A stretch of 64,000 nucleotides of DNA from a virus. Made by a program: the position numbers and the translations under genes. Below the pieces are notes generated by a model. The model was not told where the DNA came from. It made no database searches and saw nothing but the letters and a program-made list of their open reading frames with translations. The stretch spans positions 52,806 to 116,805 of the IMG/VR virus record IMGVR_UViG_3300046464_000709, one strand, 5' to 3'. How positions within the stretch are numbered: the stretch's first letter is position 1; each line of letters opens with the position of its first letter. This document shows positions 54,164 to 63,600 of this stretch, piece by piece.

Positions 54164-54400
54164 TCACGAAGCTCGTGTTAAAGAAATAATACGATCGTGC
54201 CTAAAGGATCGAATTTCGTTTCTCGCGAAACAGAACGCTTTAAAACCAATGTTGTTGCGCTCTTCGTTTTTGTTGCCAAATGATTCTGTTAAATCTGGGC
54301 GACCAATTTCATAAGTCTTAACGGCGTTGTCAGCATTTTTATAAACAATAAAGTATTTTTGATTTTTCATTTTTTTGATTTTTGATTTTAAGTTAAACAT
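54164..54400 (-). CDS. WYL-like domain protein
   Basis: AFCFARNEIRSFRHDRI. Confidence 0.6.
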   Translation of the reverse strand: MFNLKSKIKKMKNQKYFIVYKNADNAVKTYEIGRPDLTESFGNKNEERNNIGFKAFCFARNEIRSFRHDRIISLTRAS

Positions 54401-54445
54401 GCTTGTATTATACTATATAATGGATTGTATGTCAAGGGTAAAAAA

Positions 54446-54874
54446 TTAATTTCCTGTGCTTCCGAATCCACCTTCTCCGCGATCTGTCTCAGATAGCTCG
54501 TCAACCTCTTCGATATCGACCCAAGGAAGCTTCATAATAATTAATTGAGCTATCTTGTCTCCGTTTTTATATTGCTTGCGGCCTAATTCGGGAATACTCA
54601 TTCTTATTTTAATTTCGCCGCGATAGCCAGAGTCGATGACTCCAACAGAATTTCTAAGATAGTGATCTGTCTTTGATATACTTGATCTTGGGAAGATGTA
54701 GCCTACATGGCCTTCAGGTATCTCCATAGCCAAGTCTGTTCCGTATTCAATAAAATATCCGTTGCTGACCGTTGTCGTCGCAATCAAGTCAATTCCTGCG
54801 TCGCCTTTCTTGGCATAATTGGGAATTTTTGCTCGATCATTTAATTTTTTGATTTTTAATTTAATTTTGCTCAT
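54446..54874 (-). CDS. dut: dUTPase (trimeric)
   Basis: AGIDL, PRSS, GVIDSGYRGE, IAQL and RGEGGFGSTG. Confidence 0.96.
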   Translation of the reverse strand: MSKIKLKIKKLNDRAKIPNYAKKGDAGIDLIATTTVSNGYFIEYGTDLAMEIPEGHVGYIFPRSSISKTDHYLRNSVGVIDSGYRGEIKIRMSIPELGRKQYKNGDKIAQLIIMKLPWVDIEEVDELSETDRGEGGFGSTGN

Positions 54875-54948
54875 TTTTTATTCTTTTTTTGTATTTTTTT
54901 GTGTAGCACGTGAGGCTTTCTGTCGAAAATTTTTTTTCAGATTTGGAG

Positions 54949-55536
54949 TTATTTTATTCTTACTTCTTTCCATGAGACCAGTTTTGCCTTTACTAAATCT
55001 CTTATGTGTCTTTGTTTCTGACTGAGTTGACTGTTGCCGCTCTTCACTTCAATAAAAGTTATCTCATCATCTCCGAATGAAATATAATCTATGGGCTGCC
55101 CTAAAAAAGAACACCTCTCAGGCTCAAAGTCAAACTGATCCAGAAATGGTGCAAGCGTTTCTGCTATATGACCCAACCTAACTTCACCACTTTTCTTTTG
55201 CGATAAAACTTTTTTGCGAGCCAGCGTTTCTTCTTCCAGCTTTTTCTCTAATTCTTGTTGCTTGGTTATTAACTCAGATTCTTTTCTTTTTGATTCTGCA
55301 TTATTTAATGCGGTTATATTTTGTTGCTTGGATATGCTTGATTGAAGCTCTTGTATGGTTTTATTAAGATTGAGCTCTCTACCTTCAGTTCCAGCCGTCT
55401 TTTCGTTGAGTTTCTGCCTGAGAAACTCGTTCTCTTCTTTTAGGGCTTTCTCTAATCCGTCACTTGATTGCTGTTCTTTAAAGAACAATAAGTATAAGAC
55501 TCCGCAGACGGAACAGAACAGAAAGAATTCGGTCAT
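54949..55536 (-). CDS. Holliday-junction-resolvase-like endonuclease with N-terminal TM segment and coiled coil
   Basis: G.IAE.LAPF, FLGQPIDYI.F, FIEVKSG...LS..QR.IRD. Confidence 0.8.
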   Translation of the reverse strand: MTEFFLFCSVCGVLYLLFFKEQQSSDGLEKALKEENEFLRQKLNEKTAGTEGRELNLNKTIQELQSSISKQQNITALNNAESKRKESELITKQQELEKKLEEETLARKKVLSQKKSGEVRLGHIAETLAPFLDQFDFEPERCSFLGQPIDYISFGDDEITFIEVKSGNSQLSQKQRHIRDLVKAKLVSWKEVRIK

Positions 55537-56025
55537 TTACTTTTTCCAAAGTTGAAACGATTTTAATTTCTTAATTTCTTTTAACTCTACTTGAGTAAGT
55601 TCTTCTTTTTTGTCTGGCCTTTTGTATATTCTATACTTAGCTCTTTTTGCCAACGATACAAATGGTAAATCATAGCGAATTTTTTGAGAGCTACCGCACC
55701 AAGTCACAATTTCTTTTCTGTTCACGAATACAAAATCATCTGTTCTTTCAAAAACAATAAAGTCTGCGTCTCCATGTAGCCACCCTGGATTTCCCAGAGG
55801 ATTTTTGAACTCTAGCCACAACCAGTCTTCATTTTGTTTTTTATTTTTAATTTTTTTAAGATCTATTCTTATGTAGGTCGCTTCGCCTTTTGAGTTTTTA
55901 CCCTTTAAGATATGAGAAACGTTTTTGCAGTTTTCTCTATAGCTTTTTAATTTTTCTGGAGCGTAACCTCTTTTCTTTGCTAGCTCGTCAAAAGGGAACT
56001 TTTTATTTTTATTAGATTCTTCCAT
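55537..56025 (-). CDS. Possible PD-(D/E)XK-like nuclease
   Basis: IDLK...WLEFKN..G.PGWL.G.AD pattern. Confidence 0.45.
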   Translation of the reverse strand: MEESNKNKKFPFDELAKKRGYAPEKLKSYRENCKNVSHILKGKNSKGEATYIRIDLKKIKNKKQNEDWLWLEFKNPLGNPGWLHGDADFIVFERTDDFVFVNRKEIVTWCGSSQKIRYDLPFVSLAKRAKYRIYKRPDKKEELTQVELKEIKKLKSFQLWKK

Positions 56026-56222
56026 CTAGCGTATTCTTGACGGAGATTCTGTGTGAACCACTTTAACTTTCTTTACATCAGGGTCTTTGTATTTTTTTAA
56101 TACTCGAACTAGTTGACTGGCTCTCTCTTCTGCGGCGCTTTTATCTGTGTAATTTTTGTCTTCTACTCTTCTAGAGTTTCTTGTAACTACGTAAACTTTG
56201 TTTTTTGGTTTTGTGTTCATGT

Positions 56223-57149
56223 TTATATTGATTGAATTAATTGTTTTCCAAAATTGGTGATTTTTCTTTCTCCATCGATTTGCATAAAATTATTTCTAAG
56301 AAGGTACACTTCATGGTCTCTTCTTAGGCTAGTTGGGCTTAGCCCTGTGACCGCAGAGAGGGTTTGAAGCTTGCAACTTCCTCTTTCTGAAAGGATTTCT
56401 AGGATTTGGCGCTCAGTGCATGTTATACCGTGAGGAAGTATTCCAAGCAGGTCGGTGAGAAATTCGTAGTCTTTAACCTCAAAGGAATTTTTGTTCTCTG
56501 ACTCGCAGTACAAAACTATTTCTCTCGATCTCATTACAGCATTTCTAGCATTACCTCTTACGGTTTTAGCTGTCATTTTCAATGACTCATCAGTGAAATT
56601 TATTCCTTCGCAGTTGAGCTTGATTATCTCTCCGAGGTTTTCTTCTGAATACTGCTCAAAATCAACTGTGCTTAGCCTGTCTTTCAGTGGAGGAAAGAGT
56701 TTGTCACTCTCCGTCGTGGCAAAAATAAAAGTTTGCTTGGTGAAATCGAATGTAAAAGTCTGCTCGTCATAAACAAACTCTTTAGTGTTTGTTTTTTCGG
56801 TATTAAAAATTGTTAAAAAAGCCATGGTCAAATCCTTTGGAAGAGCGTGGGCTTCATCAAACAGAATTGTAATTTCATTGTTCATTACCAATGGAATAAA
56901 GATCTGCTCAAAGAACTGCGCATTATTCTTTATTGTCGAGCAATTCAACTCCAGAAATGGGCGCTTGCTTCCATCTTTGTTGTTGAGTTGTTTTGCGAAT
57001 TCTTTCGCGAACAAAGTCTTTCCTAAGCCTTTGGCTCCAACCAAATTTAAAAATGGACAAACGCTTGTTGCTTGATAGGCTTTTATATAGAAGTTTAATT
57101 TCTTCTTTACGTTTTCTTGTCCGATTAAATGTGAGAAATAATTATTCAT
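56223..57149 (-). CDS. ruvB: RuvB-like AAA+ branch-migration ATPase
   Basis: LIGQENVK, GAKGLGKT, LFDEAH, FATT, PLKDR, RGNAR and a C-terminal winged-helix-like region with HE.YL. Confidence 0.8.
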   Translation of the reverse strand: MNNYFSHLIGQENVKKKLNFYIKAYQATSVCPFLNLVGAKGLGKTLFAKEFAKQLNNKDGSKRPFLELNCSTIKNNAQFFEQIFIPLVMNNEITILFDEAHALPKDLTMAFLTIFNTEKTNTKEFVYDEQTFTFDFTKQTFIFATTESDKLFPPLKDRLSTVDFEQYSEENLGEIIKLNCEGINFTDESLKMTAKTVRGNARNAVMRSREIVLYCESENKNSFEVKDYEFLTDLLGILPHGITCTERQILEILSERGSCKLQTLSAVTGLSPTSLRRDHEVYLLRNNFMQIDGERKITNFGKQLIQSI

Positions 57150-58162
57150 CGCTAAAGTCTGTCAACGCGTACTCGACCTTGTCTTCTACTGACTGAAGTT
57201 TGCTAAAATCATTAGAAACTTTTTTGTTCGACAAGTAGTTTGCATATAATCTACCCTTTACCCAATCTTCACTAACGGGAATTGAAGTAACTTCTTGCGA
57301 CAAGAGATCCAGAATCTCATCTACCGAAAGGGAAACAATTGAAGCGCCGCTCTTGGTTGAGTTGCGGCGTCTTCGTGGAGTACCATCTTTATTGAGTGAC
57401 ATTTTTTTCATATACAAGTATTATCTCATAAATAAGCAATATAGTCAAGAGTAAACTATAATTCTTTTATGTATTGTTCAAAAAGTTGAAATGATTTTTT
57501 TACTTTTGCTTCTCTTATTTTTCTTTTGCCTTTTGATTTTAACTCAAGCTTTTGTTGTTTGCATTCAAATCCAAATTCAATTTCGCTTAATATTTTGTTC
57601 CACTCTTTGCTTGTAAGATGTGCGGGGGCATCTTCTTTTCTTCTTTTACTTATTAGTTCTATTGCTAGGTCGCATAAGTTGCTGTAGTTTTTTTGCGTTT
57701 TATCTTTTTTTAAAAACGTTTTTATTTTATTTAAGAATTTCATGATCTCCAATAATTTGTTAATGTGTTTAGGCTTACATCTTGTAGGCTCCAAACTTGA
57801 CAGTAAAAGTTTTTTTTGCTAGTCCAATCCATTGTATTCTTCATCATGTATATATGAGAAATTCCAAAAGATTCTCCGAAATCAAAAAAGGCACACTCTG
57901 TGTCTAGCCTACCGTCAGAAATACCTCTGCAGATTATTTCTGGTTTTATAGCTTCCATTCCAGATATTAGTATTTCGTAAACTAGGTCTTCGTGTATCGG
58001 GTTTTTGTAAAAATCAATATCATATATATTTGATCCATTATCTGCTTCTCCATCAAGCAACATTAAATCAACAAAATATTCGTGAAAGCATTCTAATTTT
58101 TCGAAGAAAATACTGACTGCTTCATCTTGAAATATATATTTTGTTTGTTGGCTTGTCTGCAT
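57142..58162 (-). other. Three hypothetical ORFs (57142-57417, 57456-57794, 57740-58162)
   Basis: Co-oriented ORFs; no recognisable domains. Confidence 0.5.
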
Positions 58163-58169
58163 TTTATTT

Positions 58170-58536
58170 TGGTGGACGCGGCGGGAGTCGAACCCGCGTC
58201 TTTAAATTTTAAGAAGTAAAGGTCTACAAGTTTAGTTAATTTTTTTTAAAGTTGAGATATTAGCATCAAACTAATTGTTTCAATTATTTTCAGTTTGTGG
58301 AACAATTAAACTTTTTCTGTTTTGCAGATGGATGACCCCTCTTCTGCCGTATCTGCGTCTGACAGAGAGGGGAAGCAGCTTTAAGCTGCTAATGCGAGCT
58401 TTTCAGCTTTTGGGCTGAAAGCTACAACACGACTTTTATTTTTGCCATGTATGAACTTATGCCTTTTTACGAAGCCTGGCATCTCTTCGACTTGCACTAT
58501 ACTAAATTCAACTTAAATCGAATCCAGTGCGCGCCC
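58170..58536 (-). ncRNA. ssrA: tmRNA
   Basis: 5' GGGCGCG pairs with 3' CGCGUCC-ACCA including G3:U70; GGAUUCGA after the 5' stem; T-arm GGGUUCGACUCCC; tag frame 58446-58381 GKNKSRVVAFSPKAEKLALAA-stop; boxA-like GTTCTTTCACA upstream. Confidence 0.93.
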
Positions 58537-58553
58537 ATTAAAATGTGAAAGAA

Positions 58554-58739
58554 CTATTGCTTTTTGTTTTTCCCGAGATCGGCGAGGCCTTGCCCAAGAA
58601 TATATGCGAAAATAGGGCCAGTAATCTGCATCATTACCTCGGGCGTTAATCCCAAGTGAAAATAATGGTTTAGAACTGGGGCTGAGGCTGCGAATACAGC
58701 CGCCCAGAACTTTTTACTATGCCAGAATTTTTTTTCCAT
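58554..58739 (-). CDS. Small two-TM membrane protein, holin-like
   Basis: SKKFW followed by two hydrophobic segments and YILGQG..D. Confidence 0.55.
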   Translation of the reverse strand: MEKKFWHSKKFWAAVFAASAPVLNHYFHLGLTPEVMMQITGPIFAYILGQGLADLGKNKKQ

Positions 58740-58756
58740 AATATTTATTACACGAA

Positions 58757-59089
58757 TTAGAACAATTCGTCAGGAATATCCTCATCCGAAGACGCTTTTG
58801 AAGACTGAGCTTCTTGAACTGCTTCTTGAGCTACCTGCTCGACGTTTGCTTTCGCTTGAACTTGATCTTCTGATCTGTAGATCACGTAATCTGGAGCTTT
58901 TTCATTCTTTTCTCGACCCTTGTTGGTGAAGACAACAACCTTGACAGGTTCCGTAACACCTGGCATTGTTTCGACATTAATCGTTCCCGATAGGTATTTT
59001 TGGTTCTTGCCGTTTCTAACCCAAAGGGCTCCAAGTTCTCTACTCTTCCACTCTGACTGCTTTTCTGTTTGTTTTTCTGTATTTTCCAT
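58757..59089 (-). CDS. DUF736-like, possible ssDNA-binding protein
   Basis: GALW...KYLSG.I...KAPDY with an acidic DEDIPDELF tail. Confidence 0.55.
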   Translation of the reverse strand: MENTEKQTEKQSEWKSRELGALWVRNGKNQKYLSGTINVETMPGVTEPVKVVVFTNKGREKNEKAPDYVIYRSEDQVQAKANVEQVAQEAVQEAQSSKASSDEDIPDELF

Positions 59090-59304
59090 AATTATTTGTT
59101 GTTATATAAATTTTTTAATTCTTCTATGAATAAAGGTTTTGCGCCTTTTGATAATTTGTTGTATTGTTTTTTTGCTCGAGAGTAAACTCTTTTGCTTGTT
59201 TCGTCCGCACAATTGGGATCGAAGTTTAAAATTTTTCTTATTTGTTTTGCTTTTGTTGCGTTCATGGGGTTAATTATAATATAAAATATAAAGAATGTCA
59301 AGTA

Positions 59305-59823
59305 TTAATTAAGTTTTTTTACATAAGTTATTATTGCTGGCGAAAAACCCGAGTTTGTGTAGAAATTAGTAATTTTTTGCCGTCCGATACTGTGATGCGA
59401 AACGTCTCTTGTTACCCTGAAAGAATCAAAGTTATTTTTTTTAGCAAAAGCTTCTGCTGTGCGAAGTATATCTAGTAAGGTTTTTTTTTCGAGAAACGTT
59501 GTCGCAAGCTTGCCTTTTGTTTGCCATATCAAATCTTGAAAAACTGTCTTGTTTGTTAACTGGCATATTGATCCCATGAAAACTCCGACGCATGTATAGT
59601 TTGAGTTTTTTTTGTCCGCCCAGATTTTTAGTCTTGGCAATTTATTTTTATCACTAGATAAGTTTTGAAAAAAAAGGTTTTGAATTAGATTTTCAATTGA
59701 ATTGAGATCATAGTCGCCTACTTTTTTGCAAGATCTCTGTTTCCAGAAAAAATTATGTTTTTTGTTGAAGAATTGTTGGCATAATTCTTGAAATTCTTTT
59801 ATAGTTGATATTTCTTTTATCAT
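59305..59823 (-). CDS. Hypothetical protein, possible GNAT-like fold
   Basis: AEAFAKKN...FYTNSGF resembles a GNAT C-terminal motif. Confidence 0.4.
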   Translation of the reverse strand: MIKEISTIKEFQELCQQFFNKKHNFFWKQRSCKKVGDYDLNSIENLIQNLFFQNLSSDKNKLPRLKIWADKKNSNYTCVGVFMGSICQLTNKTVFQDLIWQTKGKLATTFLEKKTLLDILRTAEAFAKKNNFDSFRVTRDVSHHSIGRQKITNFYTNSGFSPAIITYVKKLN

Positions 59824-59959
59824 TTTTTATTCATTAAAGGTTACCTTTAAAAGTCTTCATCTTTTTTTGACTTTATATACCAAGTTATTGTTCCTGCGAG
59901 ACCAAACAAAACGAAGTCTCCAGGAAAAAATTGAAAATATGAGCTCGCTATTATTTCTA

Positions 59960-60499
59960 TCATCTAAATTCTTTTCTAAGAAGCCTCCATCTGTCTGAAT
60001 CAATTGGCTTTGTTCCGTCATCAATAGCTTTCAACATATCTACTATTTCATCAAGAGAGTTGTAGATATATTTATGAGGAAACATTCCTAGCATCCATAA
60101 AGGAGTTTTTGTTTTTCCTCCTTCCATTGAAACGAATACTGGTTTTTTCATTCTAACTGCAGTAACAATTTCTTCAGCACTTCCCCAACTTGCCACATCG
60201 GGAACTAAGTGAGCTATAATAAAATCACTACGATCTACTAAATTTAAATCGTAGGATCGCACAACTTTCATTCTCTCGGTCACTCGACTATACTGTTTCG
60301 TTTTCATCCAAGCTTCCATTTCATGCCTAGAGGCTTCATCTTCTTCCACATCTTTCATGAAAGGTTTTTTGTATGGATTAAAACAGGTCACATTTAATTC
60401 TGAGAGTTTTTCTGTGACATCATCTCTCCAGTCTCTTCCCGAGAGATATTGCATGTGGCCTACTAAATAAGTTTTTGTTCTGTGTAACAAGTTTGACAT
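59960..60499 (-). CDS. Nucleoside 2-deoxyribosyltransferase-like protein
   Basis: YLVGHM...WR, FNP, DL..VDRSD, SWGSAEE and KPV. Confidence 0.75.
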   Translation of the reverse strand: MSNLLHRTKTYLVGHMQYLSGRDWRDDVTEKLSELNVTCFNPYKKPFMKDVEEDEASRHEMEAWMKTKQYSRVTERMKVVRSYDLNLVDRSDFIIAHLVPDVASWGSAEEIVTAVRMKKPVFVSMEGGKTKTPLWMLGMFPHKYIYNSLDEIVDMLKAIDDGTKPIDSDRWRLLRKEFR

Positions 60500-60635
60500 T
60501 CAATCATAATACTATAAAAATATATGATTGTCAAGAAAAAAATACTTGATATGCGCTGCAGTAGATAGGTTGTTTAGCGAATTTTAAATTCCTCCTGTAA
60601 ATGTGCCTGGAATTAAATGGCCAGCTGTTGAGTAA

Positions 60636-63600
60636 CTAGCTGCCATAACTTTCCTCTGTGGATAATAAAGTATTTCCTATTACAGGTGCTATATACATAC
60701 TGTAATCTATCTCTTCATTGCCACTAATATCTTCGCTTTTCCCCCAACTACTGGTGCTTAATGGTGTCGTATTTGTTGCATTTGTACTCGTTTGTGAATA
60801 CTTTACAGATGTGGTGCCTGTTTGAGCGCCATAGGTAGTAGTGTTCCACTCCCAGTTTAACTTATACACACAGTCGCTAGATGACGTTGCATTAGTTGTT
60901 TGTAGTTGATGGAGATCCTGATGCGGCTCAAGTCTCGGAGCACTTCCATTGTAAATGCCAAACTGGTTATGTATCGTTGACCATCTAATGATATAGTTAT
61001 TTGATTCGTGTCTATAATAGGGGTGTCCGTTAAGGTCGTACTGCCCATTGTCTCCTAAGAAATAGTTTCCGTCCCAAATATAACTGCTTGAACCTCCCAT
61101 AGCTCCAAACCATACTCTATTACAAAGACCATTATCTGCTGAGCGATAATAACCGTGTGTAAATTGACCGTCAAAATTGGCATTGCTTCTGTATAAATCC
61201 CAATTAGTGGAAGTAGGGTTGACAGAATAACTGGTGTTGAGAACAGGGCAATTATTTCTATTTGTAGCTATCTCAATACCTCCTCCAGGTTGTGTCTCAT
61301 GTGAAAGACCTATATGGAAGACAAAATCACCTGTGTTAACTGTTCCGTATTGATTATTATATGTACCTGGCACTACTATACGTAAGACTCTCCAGTCATT
61401 CTCAATATCCACAGTTGGCTGCCCCATTATAGATGAGAAGCCAGAATCAAGAGTATTATTGAGTGTAGTTTCTATTCCTGTTGTTGAGTCTTCAACACTC
61501 CACATCTCTACACCGCCTATAGTTACACCCACCTGAATCCTGCTGTTTGCCTCTTTAGGTTTGTAAAGTATTTCAAATCCTAGCTTTCTATAATCAACCT
61601 GAGTCGAAAGCATGGTCTGGTGAATGGAATTATCGGCTACCCCTGAAGCACTTAAATTTGCATTTGCTGAAAGACTAATTGTTGAAACAAGATCACCAAG
61701 CCCTCGGGTGTTGTCTATAGCAGGTACAGGTGCTCCGCCCGAGAAAGATCCCGCAAGTATACCACTTGTAGTTTGTGTGCCATTCTGAACATGTATAATG
61801 CTTGTTTTGTCCTCGGGTAAAGCACCATTTACTGTTTGAGTTATAGTCAGCACGGCATTATTGCGTGAGATATTTAAGGGCGCTGCAACTTTTCCTGCAG
61901 CAAGTGGGCCTACTTGGGTGTGCGGATTAGAGGCAGCATTCGCTATCGCAAAAGCAACGAGCGCATCCGAACTCGTCAAATTATCAAAATTAGGCTCAAG
62001 AGTAGCATAGTAGAATGTGCCATCTGAGTTAAGAGCTGGTATCATTATTTGATCTCCAGTGTTCCAAGTAACTGTATGATCAGCAGTCGCTACGACTGTT
62101 GCTGGGTGTGGAACAGAGACAGTAATCGAATCGGTAGTTAAAGAGGCTTCGCGGAAATCTGCATTCCCTGGCGCAGATATTGTTATTGTAAATACTCCGC
62201 CTGCTAGCGGTGTCACCAATCCATTTGAGTTTACTGTTGCAATTGATGTATCGCTACTTGTGTACGAAAGCGTGACTCCTGAATCGGTAGAAGCTCCCAA
62301 AGAAAACGGACCATCACTCAAGTTATGAGAAGTATTATTGTTCCAAGCGATTGTCTGAAGTTGCTTTGGTACCAATGCAACACGGAAGCCGATGCCTCCT
62401 GATATACCGCTCGGATCCCTGATTAATCGCGCACCCGAACGAACTAAATAGTTCGGCAAGCCATAATTCCCTCCCTTGGTCACGCGACCGTGTTGAGAAG
62501 TGTGGCCCACTGGACCAGGCGGACCTTTAGGGTCGGTCTGTGCGTCCGCAGTGTGCTCCTCGAACCAGTCTGCGGTCCACTCCTCCACATTTCCATGCAT
62601 GTCAAAAAAGCCCCACGGATTGGCGGAAGCTCCAGCTCCACGGAAACCCGCATCCCAGGTTTGACTCCGACTCAGTCCGTTATAATTGGCAGGACCCGTC
62701 CAAATCCCTGCGCTATGATTGTATGTACCAAGGCCATTTGCATTGCCAAGCGTATTTCCCCAAGAATATGCAGTGGTCGTTCCTGCTCGACAGGCGTACT
62801 CCCATTGCGATTCGGTAGGTAGAACATAGGACCACCCGACGGGAATATTTGCTGATTGCTGGGCATTTAAACGAGAAAGGAAAATTTGAATATCATCATG
62901 CGAAACTTGTTCAACTGGGCGGTCCGCACCGCTAAATGCGCTGGGGGTGGCGCTTAATCCATCCGAATTACCTGTCATCACCGTTTCGTATTGAGCCTGC
63001 GTCACCTCGAGCTTGCCCAAATAAAAACCTTTGGTCAGAGTGACTTGATGTTGGGTCTCGCCATTCTTGTTCAGGCCAAATTCGCTCGTCGGGGCGCCCA
63101 TCGTAAACGTACCTGGTTCCACCCAAAGCATTTCTAATTCAACGGTCGGACTTAAATTGGCGTTGCGAGTCACAGTGATCGAGGCAGTAGTCAAAGAGGC
63201 TGCAAAGTAACTTGCATTGGCTGGCGCAGATATTGTTATTGTAAATGTTCCACCCCTTAGAGGTGTTATCGATCCATTTACATCTACTGTTGCAATCGAT
63301 GTGTCGTTACTTACGTAAGAAAGCGTGAGCCCTGTTTCACGATTTGTAAACTTCGAAGGATCGTAACTGTAAGCCCCCAAAGAAAACGGACCATCATTCA
63401 AATCATGAGAAGTTTGACCGTTGTAAGTGATCCTTTGAACTTTCTGTACGTCATCAATCACAGTAATCGAATCGGTAGTCAAAGAAGCTGCAAAGTGACT
63501 TGCATTAGCTGGCGCAGATATTGTTACTGTAAATGCTCCGCCTGTTAGCGGTGTCACCAATCCGCTTGAACTTACCGTCGCAATTGATGTGTTGCTACTT

